This document shows positions 49,531 through 58,286 of a DNA stretch of 64,000 nt, piece by piece. Position numbers and translations under genes: made by a program. The stretch spans positions 9,687 to 73,686 of IMG/VR virus record IMGVR_UViG_3300049783_000824, one strand, 5' to 3'. Each line of letters begins with the position of its first letter. Within the stretch, counting starts at the first letter, position 1. Under the pieces are notes generated by a model. The model was given only the letters and a program-made list of their open reading frames with translations, was not told where the DNA came from and searched no databases. The DNA comes from a virus.

Positions 49531-49670
49531 TCATGTTTGCAACTATTACAACAGTTACACAGTTCATAATTTAAGTTGATTTCGCTTTTGTAAGGACATT
49601 GGTGGTATGTTTCCCCACCCCTCCCACATCGATCACAATCATTTACTCTATCATTAGTATCTTGTTCCAT
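49512..49670 (-). CDS. Small Cys-rich protein
   Basis: CDRC, HQCPY, CNCCNSC..EC. Confidence 0.55.
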   Translation of the reverse strand: MEQDTNDRVNDCDRCGRGGETYHQCPYKSEINLNYELCNCCNSCKHECGQEI

Positions 49671-49691
49671 TTTATACCCCGTATGTTTTAT

Positions 49692-49750
49692 AAAAAAAGC
49701 AGAAGGGGTGTGTAGGAGCAGGCTATGAAGACCTATATACACACCCCCCC
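49692..49750 (-). terminator. Long stem-loop terminator after the MoxR-like gene
   Basis: ggggtgtgtatatagg...cctacacacccc followed by a U tract on the - strand. Confidence 0.7.
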
Positions 49751-49757
49751 ACCTTAC

Positions 49758-51155
49758 CTAACCTTTCGCTAACATTTTTAAGTATTTGTCAACGCGGACC
49801 TCATCCATACCATCAACATCAATAAAGGACGCTGCACTCAACGAACCCCACATTTTACCCACACCATCAACATCATTAACTGCCTTATTGATTTGCTTAA
49901 CAATATGGCTACCAATTTGAAGATACGGTTTGGCCTTATCTTCAATAGCTGCATCAGATGTGTAGTGTATCATCAACGCTAAGAACTTAACACATTGAAC
50001 ATACACCTCAGTTTTTCCATTTGAATTGAAGTTATGGTTAACTGAATGTAGTGCAGAGTATCTCTCTGGGCGACCAGTAGAAACAATCTTCAATGCTTCC
50101 TTAACAGCATCTTCAAATGCTGACTCAGAAGAAAGGTCAAGTCCACGTTCCTTTGCCAGTTGGTCAAGAATCTGCAAAATAGGTCGCTTGGCCCCATTAG
50201 TTGCAATAATTGAACCGATAATTGGTGCAATACATTCAACACTAGCATTTCCGATAATGACTGGGGCATTCTTAGCGTCATCTTCGGTAACTAAGTTACT
50301 GATAATATCCTTTGGAACAAAGTCAAAGAACCGTCTAATATAGTTTTCATTTTTGAGAATATGAGGGATTGCATCGGTTGTAAAATTAATATTTTTAAAC
50401 TCACCCAAGCACGCATCATCAGTGTCATCATACAGCTTTTTAAGTTTAGCTGTGATAGACCCAGTTCCCAACCGCTGGCGCAATTGTGTTAAGTTCAGTT
50501 CCTTGTTAGGTAGCACATCTTTGAGATCACCACCAGCTTGGAACATTTCAACTGCATATTCAAGTCTTCTGGGTGATACCAGCTTGTTCTCATCACTGCT
50601 AAGATCTTTCCACCACTCAACTGCACCTTCACCAGCTTCACCAAACTTTTCCGTGAAGTAAAGCTTAGATGGCTTATATGGTATGTCAACAATTATCTGA
50701 AATCGGTCCTTTTGTGCTGGGTCAAGCGTCTCAACATCATATGACATATCTTCATCTTCATCATCTTCAGGGTTAATAGCTGCCCAAACCATGCGCAGGT
50801 TCTTAAATGGTACACCATTAATAGACTTGAACTGGATAAGCTCCATAACCGCGTTACGCACCTTATCCTTGGAACGATTAAGCTCATCCATGAAGATAAA
50901 CTCGACCTCATCATTCTGGAAGTTCTTAGGTCGAACAAGTTCAATGAAACTTTGACCATTTTCGGTTTTCTCTTTAGGAACACCAACAAAGTCTACCCAT
51001 GGGTCCATAGTAGCTGCTGAAAAATACTTCCACTTCAAACCATGACGCTCTGCAGCTGCCTTGATCATTGCAGTTTTACCAACACCGTGGCGACCACGCA
51101 TTAGTACGTTAAGGTTGTTCTCAATATAAAAGTCTAGCTTCTTATCATCAATCAT
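49758..51155 (-). CDS. MoxR-like AAA+ ATPase
   Basis: GRHGVGKT, DFVGVP, FMDELNR, AAIN, LDPAQKDRF, SPR. Confidence 0.88.
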   Translation of the reverse strand: MIDDKKLDFYIENNLNVLMRGRHGVGKTAMIKAAAERHGLKWKYFSAATMDPWVDFVGVPKEKTENGQSFIELVRPKNFQNDEVEFIFMDELNRSKDKVRNAVMELIQFKSINGVPFKNLRMVWAAINPEDDEDEDMSYDVETLDPAQKDRFQIIVDIPYKPSKLYFTEKFGEAGEGAVEWWKDLSSDENKLVSPRRLEYAVEMFQAGGDLKDVLPNKELNLTQLRQRLGTGSITAKLKKLYDDTDDACLGEFKNINFTTDAIPHILKNENYIRRFFDFVPKDIISNLVTEDDAKNAPVIIGNASVECIAPIIGSIIATNGAKRPILQILDQLAKERGLDLSSESAFEDAVKEALKIVSTGRPERYSALHSVNHNFNSNGKTEVYVQCVKFLALMIHYTSDAAIEDKAKPYLQIGSHIVKQINKAVNDVDGVGKMWGSLSAASFIDVDGMDEVRVDKYLKMLAKG

Positions 51156-51187
51156 AGTTTTCTCCGTTTAGTTTCGATGTGGGGCCA

Positions 51188-51250
51188 TATTAACCCTATT
51201 GACTAAGTGTGTCAACACCTATTGCTATTTTAATTTCAGTATGCCATAAT
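51188..51250. promoter_or_regulatory. Divergent sigma70-like promoters between the MoxR and vWA genes
   Basis: - strand TTGACA-N17-TAATAT, + strand TTGCTA-N17-CATAAT. Confidence 0.65.
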
Positions 51251-51279
51251 GCGTTCCATACACATATAAGGAGAAATAC

Positions 51280-52728
51280 ATGAAAACAATTTCAAACCAC
51301 GACCATATGAGGTTAGCTAGAGAATTAGAGAGACACCACGCCGTATTCGAGAGTATATGGTCAATTAGTCGCATTAGATTCTCAAAGAAAGTACCAACAG
51401 CAGGAGTATACTTTAATAAGAAGGGAGAGTGTGTAGATTTTGTTGTAAATTTTGATTTCTGGGAATCACTGTCCTTTCACCAGAAGTGTTTCGTGATTTC
51501 CCATGAGTGCATGCATGTAACCTTAAACCATGGCATGCGTTCGATTAATTTTGGAAGAAGTAAACTGCTACATATAATGGCTAACTATGCACAAGACATT
51601 GTAATTAACCACGCACTTGTTAACCGCTATGGATTTGATCGTTCAGAAATAGACCCACCAACAGAGGAAAGTCCTAACGGCAGTTACTGCTGGGTTGAAA
51701 CCGTATTTCCAGATGAAGAGGTTCCAGACGATCAGAACTTTGAATTTTATTACAATAAGTTAATGGAAATGGTCAAAGAAAAATTTGAAGAAATGTCAAA
51801 AAACGTCAAACTTGTCGATGAACACGGTAAGCCCAGTGAAGGTGAAGGTGAAGGTGAAGGTGAAGGTGAAGGTGAAGGTGAAGGTGAAGGTGAAGGTGAA
51901 GGCGAAGGCCAAGGCCAAGGTGAAGGTGAAGGTGAGGAGCTTGACAAGGATGATTATAATTTCTTTGATGCAAGTGAGGACTTCACTGATGTACTGGATA
52001 AACTTAATGGTGACATGAACGATAATGATAAGGATACCCTTAAAAAGTTTGTTGAAGACAACGAAGATAGTAATGGCCAAACTAAAGGTGGTAAGGGTGA
52101 AGTTGGGGCCAGAGGCACTGAAGGTGGAACCAGTTGGACCTTCGCAAACAAATTAGAAAAAAAGAAAAAGAAAAATAAGTTTGAATCCATTGTTACAAGC
52201 TGGGCTAAAAAGAAACTAGTCCCAGAATATAAAGTAGTAGACCAATGGGTACATACTGATCGCAGGTTTGCGTGTGTTGATAGCAACCTTATTTTACCAA
52301 CAGAATATGAAACATATGACAAAATTAAGTCTGACATTATAGATGTATGGTTCTACCAAGACACATCAGGTTCTTGCACTGGGTATACCGATAGGTTCTT
52401 TTCTATTGCAGAACAGATGCCATTAGAGCGTTTTAACATGAGAATGTTTTGCTTTGACACCTCGGTATATGAAACTACATTAGAATCTAGAAAGTTGTAT
52501 GGCTTTGGTGGTACTGACTTCGATATTCTTGAGGAACATATTCAAGAAGAAATGAAGAAAGATCCAAAGCTTAAGTACCCCGAAGCAGTGTTTGTTGTGA
52601 CTGATGGTTATGGTAATAACATCCAACCACAGTTCCCAAAAAACTGGCACTGGATGCTTACACCTGATGCTACAAAAAACTGTATCCCAGATACATGTAA
52701 CTTCTATAACCTTACTGACTACGAGTAG
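51280..52728 (+). CDS. HExxH metallopeptidase-like plus vWA domain protein
   Basis: PTAGV, HECMH, N.A.D..IN, DTSGS MIDAS, GGTDF, TDGY. Confidence 0.88.
   Translation: MKTISNHDHMRLARELERHHAVFESIWSISRIRFSKKVPTAGVYFNKKGECVDFVVNFDFWESLSFHQKCFVISHECMHVTLNHGMRSINFGRSKLLHIMANYAQDIVINHALVNRYGFDRSEIDPPTEESPNGSYCWVETVFPDEEVPDDQNFEFYYNKLMEMVKEKFEEMSKNVKLVDEHGKPSEGEGEGEGEGEGEGEGEGEGEGEGQGQGEGEGEELDKDDYNFFDASEDFTDVLDKLNGDMNDNDKDTLKKFVEDNEDSNGQTKGGKGEVGARGTEGGTSWTFANKLEKKKKKNKFESIVTSWAKKKLVPEYKVVDQWVHTDRRFACVDSNLILPTEYETYDKIKSDIIDVWFYQDTSGSCTGYTDRFFSIAEQMPLERFNMRMFCFDTSVYETTLESRKLYGFGGTDFDILEEHIQEEMKKDPKLKYPEAVFVVTDGYGNNIQPQFPKNWHWMLTPDATKNCIPDTCNFYNLTDYE
51838..51936 (+). repeat. (GAAGGT)n hexamer repeat encoding an EG linker
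   Basis: 10 or more perfect units plus degenerate copies. Confidence 0.95.
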
Positions 52729-52736
52729 TAAATAAA

Positions 52737-52788
52737 AGTTATCCTTGGTTACTAGTTATAAATACAGATAACCAAGGATAATTAGGAG
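52737..52788 (+). promoter_or_regulatory. Inverted repeat enclosing late promoter TATAAATA, adjacent to the SD
   Basis: ttatccttggtta...TATAAATA...taaccaaggataa then AGGAG. Confidence 0.75.
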
Positions 52789-52796
52789 TCTATCAA

Positions 52797-53438
52797 ATGG
52801 CAAGAAGTATATTAGAAGGTGTAGTTAACGATCTAGTTAACAAAGAAACAATGAAACAGTTTATAGATAAAGTACATGCTAGCAGTGGTGTACCTAAAGA
52901 TAAGCTTACTGAAGTTTATAACCAAGGTGTTAAGTTTGCTCTGAAATCTGGCAAACATGCGCTAACAACAGCAAAGGCCAATGTATTTTCCTACGTTAAT
53001 TCTAACTCAAAAACTATAACTGAGGTTAAAGAGTTGAGTGAAATTAATGAAGGGGATAGGTATGAGCGAACTTCCGATAGACTTAACCGTGGTGCGAAGG
53101 CAATGTTTGATAAAGCTATCCAGCGTGGACTATCATCTGAGGACTTATACCGCCAAGCAAGATTAGCTGATAAAATGGGCGAACCGCAAACCGATGCGCT
53201 GTTTAAGGCTGGTGATATGCTTGCTAAACATGAAAAGCGTATGTTTGGTGAAGGTGATGCATACCAAACTGATGACGAACACTATAAAGATAAACTATAT
53301 GGTCTTTGGGATAGCAAAGATAAGAAATGGGTAAGTAAGCATGTACCCAGAAGCAGCATGAAGCGATTGCGTAATAGGGCCGATAAACTTGACAACGAGT
53401 ACGGTGCATATAGATACCAAGTAAAGGAAGTAAAGTGA
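52797..53438 (+). CDS. Probable internal head protein
   Basis: MARSILE leader, ITE/INE sites, late promoter. Confidence 0.6.
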   Translation: MARSILEGVVNDLVNKETMKQFIDKVHASSGVPKDKLTEVYNQGVKFALKSGKHALTTAKANVFSYVNSNSKTITEVKELSEINEGDRYERTSDRLNRGAKAMFDKAIQRGLSSEDLYRQARLADKMGEPQTDALFKAGDMLAKHEKRMFGEGDAYQTDDEHYKDKLYGLWDSKDKKWVSKHVPRSSMKRLRNRADKLDNEYGAYRYQVKEVK

Positions 53439-53647
53439 AAAAACATTTAGAACACGTAGATATGACGTATACTGGGCATCTTACTGGTGCGTGGAAGGAA
53501 ATATACTTTGCAATAGTTATGATATTAAAACTAGTAACGCATAGTATATTCCCACAAGTATTTGTATCATGCTATAGTGATTATATTATAGGTTGCATTG
53601 AACGCAGAAGCATACAATACCATAAGAGCACTAAGCAAAGTACTTAG
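53435..53647 (+). CDS. Small hypothetical protein
   Basis: HL..V.MTY..H...AW...H.IFP pattern. Confidence 0.5.
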   Translation: MKKHLEHVDMTYTGHLTGAWKEIYFAIVMILKLVTHSIFPQVFVSCYSDYIIGCIERRSIQYHKSTKQST

Positions 53648-53996
53648 CATCTACATCAATCTCTATAGGTCTTTTTAATGGCACAGCCTTATCAACATAC
53701 ATATTAGTATGGTAAGGCTTAGCACCACTCGCACGATCAATTGACCACGTTATATGGTACTTACCACCTTCAGGTCTATCACTAGTCCCATCTATTTCCA
53801 CTAGGAACCCTTCTACATCTTCACCGTTATCGATGTACCCTACAACCATAACTTTATTAGGTTGTTCGGGTACTTCTTTATCTTTTATACCAAACTTTTC
53901 AGTAATATGATGACCAATAAGTGTAGAATACTTCGGTGGGAATAAGTCTAATAACTTTTGTCTGGAGCCAGATTCTAACTCGTAACCGTTATACAT
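53631..53996 (-). CDS. 2H phosphoesterase-like protein
   Basis: Two HxT motifs: HHIT and YHITWS. Confidence 0.65.
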   Translation of the reverse strand: MYNGYELESGSRQKLLDLFPPKYSTLIGHHITEKFGIKDKEVPEQPNKVMVVGYIDNGEDVEGFLVEIDGTSDRPEGGKYHITWSIDRASGAKPYHTNMYVDKAVPLKRPIEIDVDAKYFA

Positions 53997-53997
53997 A

Positions 53998-54162
53998 TTA
54001 TTCCCGCCCAACTATACCGTACAGTTGCCCGACAAGATCATTGATTTCGGATAGCTCCTCATCATCCTCTACGCCAGTATTTCCCTCTTCTAATATGTCA
54101 GAAACACCCGAGAGGTGTTCACTAATATTTTTGTAAATTGCATCTCTTTCAAAATCAGTCAT
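53998..54162 (-). CDS. Small acidic hypothetical protein (54 aa, not in the ORF track)
   Basis: MTDFERDAIYKNISEHLSGVSDILEEG...GRE*, fills the gap in the - strand operon. Confidence 0.5.
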   Translation of the reverse strand: MTDFERDAIYKNISEHLSGVSDILEEGNTGVEDDEELSEINDLVGQLYGIVGRE

Positions 54163-54195
54163 GGTATATCCGTTTGTTAAGTGTTCGAGTATGAA

Positions 54196-54381
54196 CTAGG
54201 TAAAAAGTAACTGCTTACCACCTTCAGTTATAGGAACAATTTGTACATTCTTTTGCTGTTCGGCAGTTAACGTAGATACAAAGTTCTCGGCTAAATTCCT
54301 AGACTGTGCTTCAGTTAGTGTTTGACCATTAAGAAGAACTTTGTATTTAATATTTTCACTTTCTAAAATTCTATCGTTCAT
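54196..54381 (-). CDS. Small hypothetical protein
   Basis: AGGAG SD, late-like promoter. Confidence 0.55.
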   Translation of the reverse strand: MNDRILESENIKYKVLLNGQTLTEAQSRNLAENFVSTLTAEQQKNVQIVPITEGGKQLLFT

Positions 54382-54425
54382 AATATTATCTCCTGTTTAT
54401 TTAGTAATATCTAAACTATTTATAC

Positions 54426-54869
54426 TTAAATTAAACAAACGAACAAATTAACCTTATGTTCCTTAGATACGGATTCCATTATAGGTGCAACCTCAGTATC
54501 CCAATCAAGCCCACCAAGCCCACAACCAATCTGCGGTGTGTACACATCTAACCCCATAGAGTTAGCAAATTTACATGCACTATCTACAGATTTTTTAACG
54601 GCTTCTAGGTCGGCATAACGTCTACCATCACCCCCAAAGAACTCTTGAGTGTAGCAATTAGCAACATACAACTCTTGTTCAATTATAGTTACCATATCAG
54701 TTTCGCCTAGAATTGGTTTGGTGACAATAAACTGTTCACGTACAATAGGCCATTTGCGAAGGTAGGCTAATGCTACACCGCTACCCATCTGTTGTTGACA
54801 GTTAACACCATTTAGTAACACACCTTGTTCTACTTTTGTAACATCAAAGTTAATGTATTCGATTGACAT
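54426..54869 (-). CDS. Macrodomain ADP-ribose-processing protein (Poa1p/DarG-like)
   Basis: NGVNC...MGSGVA, N.YTQ, P.IGCGLGGLDW. Confidence 0.88.
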   Translation of the reverse strand: MSIEYINFDVTKVEQGVLLNGVNCQQQMGSGVALAYLRKWPIVREQFIVTKPILGETDMVTIIEQELYVANCYTQEFFGGDGRRYADLEAVKKSVDSACKFANSMGLDVYTPQIGCGLGGLDWDTEVAPIMESVSKEHKVNLFVCLI

Positions 54870-54920
54870 AGCTTACTCCATATATGTGGCATGCAGTATA
54901 TCACATATATGGAGGGTATG

Positions 54921-55166
54921 CTAGCTATTTAGGTATTGTACTAGGCTGGTATAGTCACCGATGTACTTATCATCAGTAAATATTTGTGGGACGGTTCTAA
55001 CTAGATTAGCAGAACCAGATTCGGTTACTCTTTGTTGGATCATTTCTTTATCAGCTTGATCAGGGACTTTAAGTTCTACGTAAGAGTGGCCTTTGGTTGT
55101 GAGCAAATGTTTTGCTTTGTTACAAAAGCTACAGTTGTCTTTGGTATAAAGGGTAAAGTTTGCCAT
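54921..55166 (-). CDS. Glutaredoxin
   Basis: CSFC, RTVPQIF, YIG.Y. Confidence 0.92.
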   Translation of the reverse strand: MANFTLYTKDNCSFCNKAKHLLTTKGHSYVELKVPDQADKEMIQQRVTESGSANLVRTVPQIFTDDKYIGDYTSLVQYLNS

Positions 55167-55258
55167 TATATTTCTATTGTTCCTTAAGTTTAATGTACGA
55201 GATACTAGCCATTTGATTCTTGGATATAACATTGCGAAGAAGAAGAAAAATAACTAGG

Positions 55259-55570
55259 TTATTTTTCTTCTTCTTTTTCTTCAGATTCAGGTGGACGACC
55301 CTTCTGCCCAGCTTCACCTTTTTTGATTTTTTGTTTATAATTATCAACGTCTTTCTTTAGAAGCTCATGGTCCCTGTCACCCTTCCTAGGGGATATTCGC
55401 GGCTTAAGTGTACCTGAACCAATAAGCTGTCGAACACGGCTTACAGACACTCCTAGAATGCTTGCTGCTTGTGCTGTAGATATAGTACCACCACCACTAA
55501 TTGCGGGTGGTCGTTTTTTATCTTCGTCATCTACTTCTTTTAAAAATTCTGCTGCATCGCTAAGTTTCAT
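55259..55570 (-). CDS. Excisionase/MerR-like HTH protein with capsid-targeting-like leader
   Basis: STAQAASILGVSVSRVRQLI..G.L. TATAAATA on - at 55597-55604. Confidence 0.75.
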   Translation of the reverse strand: MKLSDAAEFLKEVDDEDKKRPPAISGGGTISTAQAASILGVSVSRVRQLIGSGTLKPRISPRKGDRDHELLKKDVDNYKQKIKKGEAGQKGRPPESEEKEEEK

Positions 55571-55604
55571 ATGAAAATTCCTTATGTTGTTTTAGTTATT
55601 TATA

Positions 55605-55982
55605 TTAATTACGCTTTTGACAAACATAATTAGCAACTTCATCACCGGACAGGTAGTGTAGTTCATTTGATGGTAATGTATATTCATAGGTTGTTATCTT
55701 TTCATCATACATTACTCGATGGTATGATACCAGTTGCCCAACATATGTAAAATTTCTACTCTTGTCATACTTGTGTTTACAGTCGTGAGCATTCACCAGT
55801 GTTGGCTTCTTCTTCTTCTTTATAACGAGTATGCCCGTATCTTCGTCGTATTCGACCACCATGTCATCCACAACACGATCAACTATGTCATAGTCTACAT
55901 TATTGTCTCTAACTACACTGTCATTACTACAACTAGCCTGCAATACTAACAATAAGCATAATAAATATTTCATAACAACCAC
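55605..55982 (-). CDS. Putative lipoprotein
   Basis: MKYLLCLLLVLQASC. Confidence 0.55.
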   Translation of the reverse strand: MVVMKYLLCLLLVLQASCSNDSVVRDNNVDYDIVDRVVDDMVVEYDEDTGILVIKKKKKPTLVNAHDCKHKYDKSRNFTYVGQLVSYHRVMYDEKITTYEYTLPSNELHYLSGDEVANYVCQKRN

Positions 55983-56014
55983 CCTATAATATGATTATAT
56001 TTATCAGTTATAGA

Positions 56015-56347
56015 TTATTTTTGTGAAGCAGAAACATGGGCAGCGATAATATCACTGTTATACCCTCGGTCTATCTCGGCTTGAATACCATCTACAAGGT
56101 CAAATGATTTTTGAATTAATTCATCAACACTTAACGATGTATCAGTTGCGCCAAGGGATTTAACCATTTCGACAGCCATTTGACCACGGTTAGAATGCTT
56201 TTTCCAAAGTTCATCAGCCGTTTCTTGGGATAGTTTCGGGGGAGCTTTCTCATTGCTAGCACTACCAACAATAGTAGCATCGGTAGCTTCCTTTAAATCT
56301 TTTTCTGTCATTTTCATCATTTTGCTCATCTTATTATTATTACTCAT
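56015..56347 (-). CDS. Hypothetical protein
   Basis: AGGAG SD. Confidence 0.6.
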   Translation of the reverse strand: MSNNNKMSKMMKMTEKDLKEATDATIVGSASNEKAPPKLSQETADELWKKHSNRGQMAVEMVKSLGATDTSLSVDELIQKSFDLVDGIQAEIDRGYNSDIIAAHVSASQK

Positions 56348-56360
56348 AGGTTATCTCCTT

Positions 56361-56771
56361 TTATAATGAGTGTTCTATTACTAATTGTTCCTTAATGTCT
56401 TCAACAGTATTGTCATAGACATAAAGTTCTACTTCTTTAGATGCAAGCAGCTTAACAGTAAGTTCATATAGCCTTGGTAAATAAAAGTTAAGTTGCTTAG
56501 CAAGTAATGGGTGCGTATTACTAATCGTATCGGTATTTATTATGGTTAAACCTACCCGGTCAAGGTCGGTAATAACCAATTCTATTACAGAATTGTCTAA
56601 CCTAGTGAGCACATGTACACCATCCATGTAGTATACATACCCATCCGTAAGTTTCATTATTCCTATTTGGTCCGTGATTATAGGCTCATCAGTTTGCAAT
56701 CGCAATTGCTGTGCGTGGAAGTAAGCCACCCATTCTATTTCATCTATTTCAAAGTTTATATGTGTAAGCAT
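56361..56771 (-). CDS. Hypothetical protein
   Basis: TGATG-coupled to the upstream ORF. Confidence 0.55.
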   Translation of the reverse strand: MLTHINFEIDEIEWVAYFHAQQLRLQTDEPIITDQIGIMKLTDGYVYYMDGVHVLTRLDNSVIELVITDLDRVGLTIINTDTISNTHPLLAKQLNFYLPRLYELTVKLLASKEVELYVYDNTVEDIKEQLVIEHSL

Positions 56772-57211
56772 CAATGTATAATTGCCCCTTCCATTTCTTT
56801 CGCGAGATCCCACGTAATTTTAATTTGATTAATTATGTCATCTATGGTAAAGTCACCTACTTTATCACAAGTTGGTACGTTATTGTTATTGATTTGCTCT
56901 GAGAATATCTTGATAAACTCTTCGAAGTCTGCTACATCTTCAATTGTTCTAACATCGATAACTTCGAATTGATGACCACCACTAGGTTTATATGGTTGCG
57001 GTAGGAGTCTACCTACGGCGATATATTCAAAATAACCACATTTACCTAACTCTTGAATTCCAACATAGTGGTCGAAAATACTAACAATTGTATTTTGATT
57101 TTCAAAGTTGTATATAACTTTTGTTAGAGGTTTGGGTATTCTGGTGCTTTTAAAGTCGTCTAAGATCTTTTTAAATTGTAATTCGGTTTGTATTGATTCA
57201 AGTTCATTCAT
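56771..57211 (-). CDS. Hypothetical protein
   Basis: TTGACA...TATAAT on the - strand just upstream. Confidence 0.55.
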   Translation of the reverse strand: MNELESIQTELQFKKILDDFKSTRIPKPLTKVIYNFENQNTIVSIFDHYVGIQELGKCGYFEYIAVGRLLPQPYKPSGGHQFEVIDVRTIEDVADFEEFIKIFSEQINNNNVPTCDKVGDFTIDDIINQIKITWDLAKEMEGAIIH

Positions 57212-57258
57212 AGTGCATATATTATAGCACGCGCACATATTACTGTCAATCCAGCAGC

Positions 57259-57308
57259 AAATAAAACAAGAAGGATGGAACTGGATACCCAGAACCACTC
57301 ACCCTTCT
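57259..57308 (-). terminator. Stem-loop with U-rich tail
   Basis: agaagg...ctgg-gtat-ccag...ccttct then tgttttattt on the - strand. Confidence 0.55.
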
Positions 57309-57348
57309 GAAACGTATCAATTACTTTATGTGGTGGGACTTTTTTCAT

Positions 57349-57546
57349 TTATCCTTTATCCTTACTCTTTAAATACATAAGAGCAGCATAAGATACAGCA
57401 CAAAAAACAGCACTGTATACTACTACATTGATTGGTAGCAACACCCCAACCCCAAACCCAACCAAAGCGGCGGGTACAGATGGTTTACTGTCAACCCAGT
57501 CAACCATCCCCTCAACTTCACTAACGATTTTATCTAATGTTATCAT
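57349..57546 (-). CDS. Small membrane protein
   Basis: Hydrophobic, AAGGAG SD. Confidence 0.55.
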   Translation of the reverse strand: MITLDKIVSEVEGMVDWVDSKPSVPAALVGFGVGVLLPINVVVYSAVFCAVSYAALMYLKSKDKG

Positions 57547-57692
57547 AATTATTTCTCCTTATTAGTATCAATTTTATATGTTCAAATTAGGGAATGTATT
57601 ATAGCATAAACAATAATTATGGCCAACCCCAATTACACCTTTATTTATATTAAAAGGGTAATAAGTTTTGGCCTAACCACACTAGCCTATTA

Positions 57693-58217
57693 TTAACTTA
57701 CAGTTTTACGCAGGATTTCCAGTAAAGCTACACCTTCATTCACATTTTTTGTTGTGCTATAGCCAAAAAATCTTGATTGAAGCTTGCTGTACGCCTTAGT
57801 TTCGTATACTGGAACAGAAACCTTAGAAAGGGTTTTTGTCTGCTCTTGACCACCATGGGTGCTCTTAAACGTCTCACGTAGGGCTACTGAAATGTAACCT
57901 TGGTCAGCCCGCACATGCAACTGTCGGTAGGTAACACCTTGCTGTGCACCTTTAGAAGCTAAGTCAACAACCGATAGTGTTTTATCATTATTGAATTTAG
58001 CACCATATCCACGGACACCCATAATAACCTGATCGACAAGTTCTTCTATGGTTGTAGGTGGGACCGGGGTTATATTATCAGTATTCAGACGGGTGGTTGA
58101 TACTTCTGTTGGATCACTAACTTCTACAGCTTCTACAGTATCTAGGTTATCAACCTCCGTAACTATATCATCAGCTGCACTTACTTTAGATGTGGTTGAA
58201 CTTTTTAATCTTGGCAT
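57693..58217 (-). CDS. Hypothetical late protein
   Basis: AGGAG SD, TATAAATA upstream. Confidence 0.6.
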   Translation of the reverse strand: MPRLKSSTTSKVSAADDIVTEVDNLDTVEAVEVSDPTEVSTTRLNTDNITPVPPTTIEELVDQVIMGVRGYGAKFNNDKTLSVVDLASKGAQQGVTYRQLHVRADQGYISVALRETFKSTHGGQEQTKTLSKVSVPVYETKAYSKLQSRFFGYSTTKNVNEGVALLEILRKTVS

Positions 58218-58286
58218 AACAACACTCCTTTTAAATGTTTACATTATTTATAAGAATAAAAAAGGAGTGAATTTGATTATATGTTA

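Noticed and set aside
51750-52080. ORFs with (KV)n, (SP)n or (FT)n repeats
   Set aside because: They are alternate-frame or antisense shadows of the (GAAGGT)n repeat inside the vWA gene.
57241-57345. tRNA or other structured RNA gene
   Set aside because: No cloverleaf or T-loop consensus. The hairpin plus U tract is adequately explained as a - strand terminator.
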